Origin: Thermodesulfobacteriota bacterium
GTDB taxonomy: Bacteria; Desulfobacterota_D; UBA1144; Nemesobacterales; JAJCZQ01
Direction of reading: 5' to 3'
Length of the DNA stretch: 64,000 bases
NCBI GenBank assembly: GCA_965203965.1
Contig: CBDBDR010000015.1
Span: 51,032-115,031, forward strand
How positions within the stretch are numbered: position 1 is the first letter of the stretch; every line of letters begins with the position of its first letter. Under the pieces are notes generated by a model. That model searched no databases. It was not told where the DNA came from and worked only from the letters and a program-made list of their open reading frames with translations. Of this stretch, positions 62,125 to 64,000 are shown piece by piece. Position numbers and translations under genes: made by a program.

Positions 62125-62835
62125 TTTAGTAAGGAAATACCCCTGAGAGAGTATGGCTGCCAACATATAATACGTGATTACCGGTCACACAGGAATATTA
62201 CACGGTGCAGAGACTCTATTACACAATGTTTCTCTCGCACACACCTCTGCGCAGGAATGGTAAGTGATCATCTTCTACTCCTCCAAAACCGTACGAGCTC
62301 CTAGTCTCTAAGTAGGCACTGGTGTGTCCTTCAAGATGACCCTCCCTATGAAGACGTTGCTCTGAAAAGGAAAGGATAAGAGAGAGGAAGAAAGAGGGTA
62401 GAGGAAAACATATTCACGATAGTTAATATTCACAATTCATCACATGTACTCCATGACATGCACCGTTGCAGAAATGAATGCTATAGCAAAGGACAGTGGT
62501 AGAGAATTCATTGCCTGCATGTGCTCAACAGACACTCACTATATGTGTGACCAATAACATTATAGAGCAATAGTACTACAGTGTGAGTACAATTTAGTGA
62601 GTGGTCAGTCACACAGCGTGACAAGACACGCATACTGGCGTGTTCCTTATCAGAAGAGACACTTTGTGTGTGAATTGAGCGTGTGTGTATGCGCGCGGCA
62701 CGTGTATCTGTGTGATAACAAACTTTACTGCTCTGTCATTGTACATGTCTCTCTTCCTCCGTCCCTTTCTCCCTCGAGCAAGACACCACTCACCCACTAC
62801 CATCACAATCACAAACATCCCACCAATGACCGTAC
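62125..62835 (-). CDS. Possible 3' exons of an uncharacterised spliced gene
   Basis: Strong polypyrimidine acceptor before an open 117-nt exon (62361-62245). Adjacent candidate exons chain in frame, but no family was recognised. Confidence 0.3.
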
Positions 62836-63139
62836 TAGGTAAACAGAGCATACCACAACCCTCTCCCACACACAATGTGTACTCATCAATTAACATTCCC
62901 ACGTACAGTCATGTGATCTATAAAATATAATATACCAAGCTAGCACACACGCAGTGACCTCTTAGGAGTCTGACAGTGCAGAGTAGAAATATGTACATTA
63001 GCTACCTGCAACACGGTTACATAAACTAACAATAATAACAATAATAATAGAGTTTGTTTTGACCTCTGGAGTGTGAGACTAGAGACGAAACACAGCGAAT
63101 ATTAGCAAGTGTAAAATAAATACACACAAGACAAGTCTT

Positions 63140-63203
63140 CAACTAGACGTCAGCATTACCTCTGTACATACAACTAGACTCAGCCATTACCTCTGCACAT
63201 ACA
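63140..63203. repeat. ~31-bp imperfect tandem duplication
   Basis: CAACTAGACGTCAGCATTACCTCTGTACATA followed by CAACTAGACTCAGCCATTACCTCTGCACATA. Confidence 0.8.
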
Positions 63204-64000
63204 AGTATTCACGATGAATTATGAATAATTTGAGAATGATAAATATTGTTAACTTGGTTAGTGTGGTATGCAATAATCGTCATCACTGAAATACCTATTT
63301 TAGCAAGTCGTTGAAACAGTTTCGAGCCTGATTTCTGCATGTCATAAAACTTGGGGTAAGGGTCTGTAGATCCAATTAGATCAAGAAGAATCAGAGCTTC
63401 CTATTAGAACAGAGAGAGGAAGAGAGCTGTGATGATAGCACAACAGCAGGTGAATCAGGTGATTGATTAACTCCTTGTTACTAGCTTGAGTGCAAAATAG
63501 TGAGGGCACCACAATGCTTCATAACAAGATTCCACTTTCTCTCTCTCTACCCACTCTCATAATAGTGGGAGGAAAATCAACACACAACAAAAAACCACAG
63601 CATATCATTAAGGTCATATTAGCAATACAAAGCCCTATGTTTAGGGTGTGGAGAGATACATATTCTTGGTGTGGCACTAGGGATGGTCTAGTAACCATAA
63701 AACTGCATTAGATTCTGATGCCAGCATAGAGTTGCTAGCGTAGAAATGACGCTAGACTTGATTTCTGTTCCAGCATTGTAAAACCGCATTAGAGCACCTA
63801 TCAGATTATTGAAAATCGATACCAAGATTTAATACACAGGTTAAAAACACATTTTCTTCAAAGTTCAGAACGTTTGTAAGTCATGACGCTCAAAGTCTAA
63901 GATCATTATATTTCTAGTGAACCGTGAAATATTATCTTAGTAACATGTGTAATAATTTTATTTTTAACTCTTTGAGTATGGCTCACTATGGCTTGTAATC

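Overview
Compact, intron-rich animal genomic DNA. Many ~45-60 nt GT-AG introns, tiny intergenic gaps and ANK-Roc-COR-Death genes are most consistent with a demosponge (inference). No prokaryotic features, rRNA, tRNA or CRISPR were seen. Gene order: two tandem LRRK-type ROCO kinases (+), a kinase-less ankyrin-Roc-COR-Death gene (-), GALM, an unusual ARM-like-repeat + arginyltransferase (ATE1-like) fusion with a myristoylation motif (-), SNW1, EEF1G, NDUFV2, C20orf85/CIMIP1-like, PPP1R37, COX7A2L/SCAF1-like, VRK1 beside its substrate BANF1, three intronless NAD(P)-dependent epimerase/reductases with acidic repeat tails, EIF1AD, FANCL, NRDE2, Speedy/RINGO, SRF, and a possible unknown spliced gene at the right end. 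Larger introns carry MITEs and two members of a distinctive palindromic element family. Top leads are the ARM-ATE1 fusion, the VRK1-BAF pair, the diversifying ROCO cluster, the palindromic elements, the acidic-tailed reductases and the SCAF1-like gene. Exon boundaries were inferred by eye, and family calls come from remembered motifs, not database searches.
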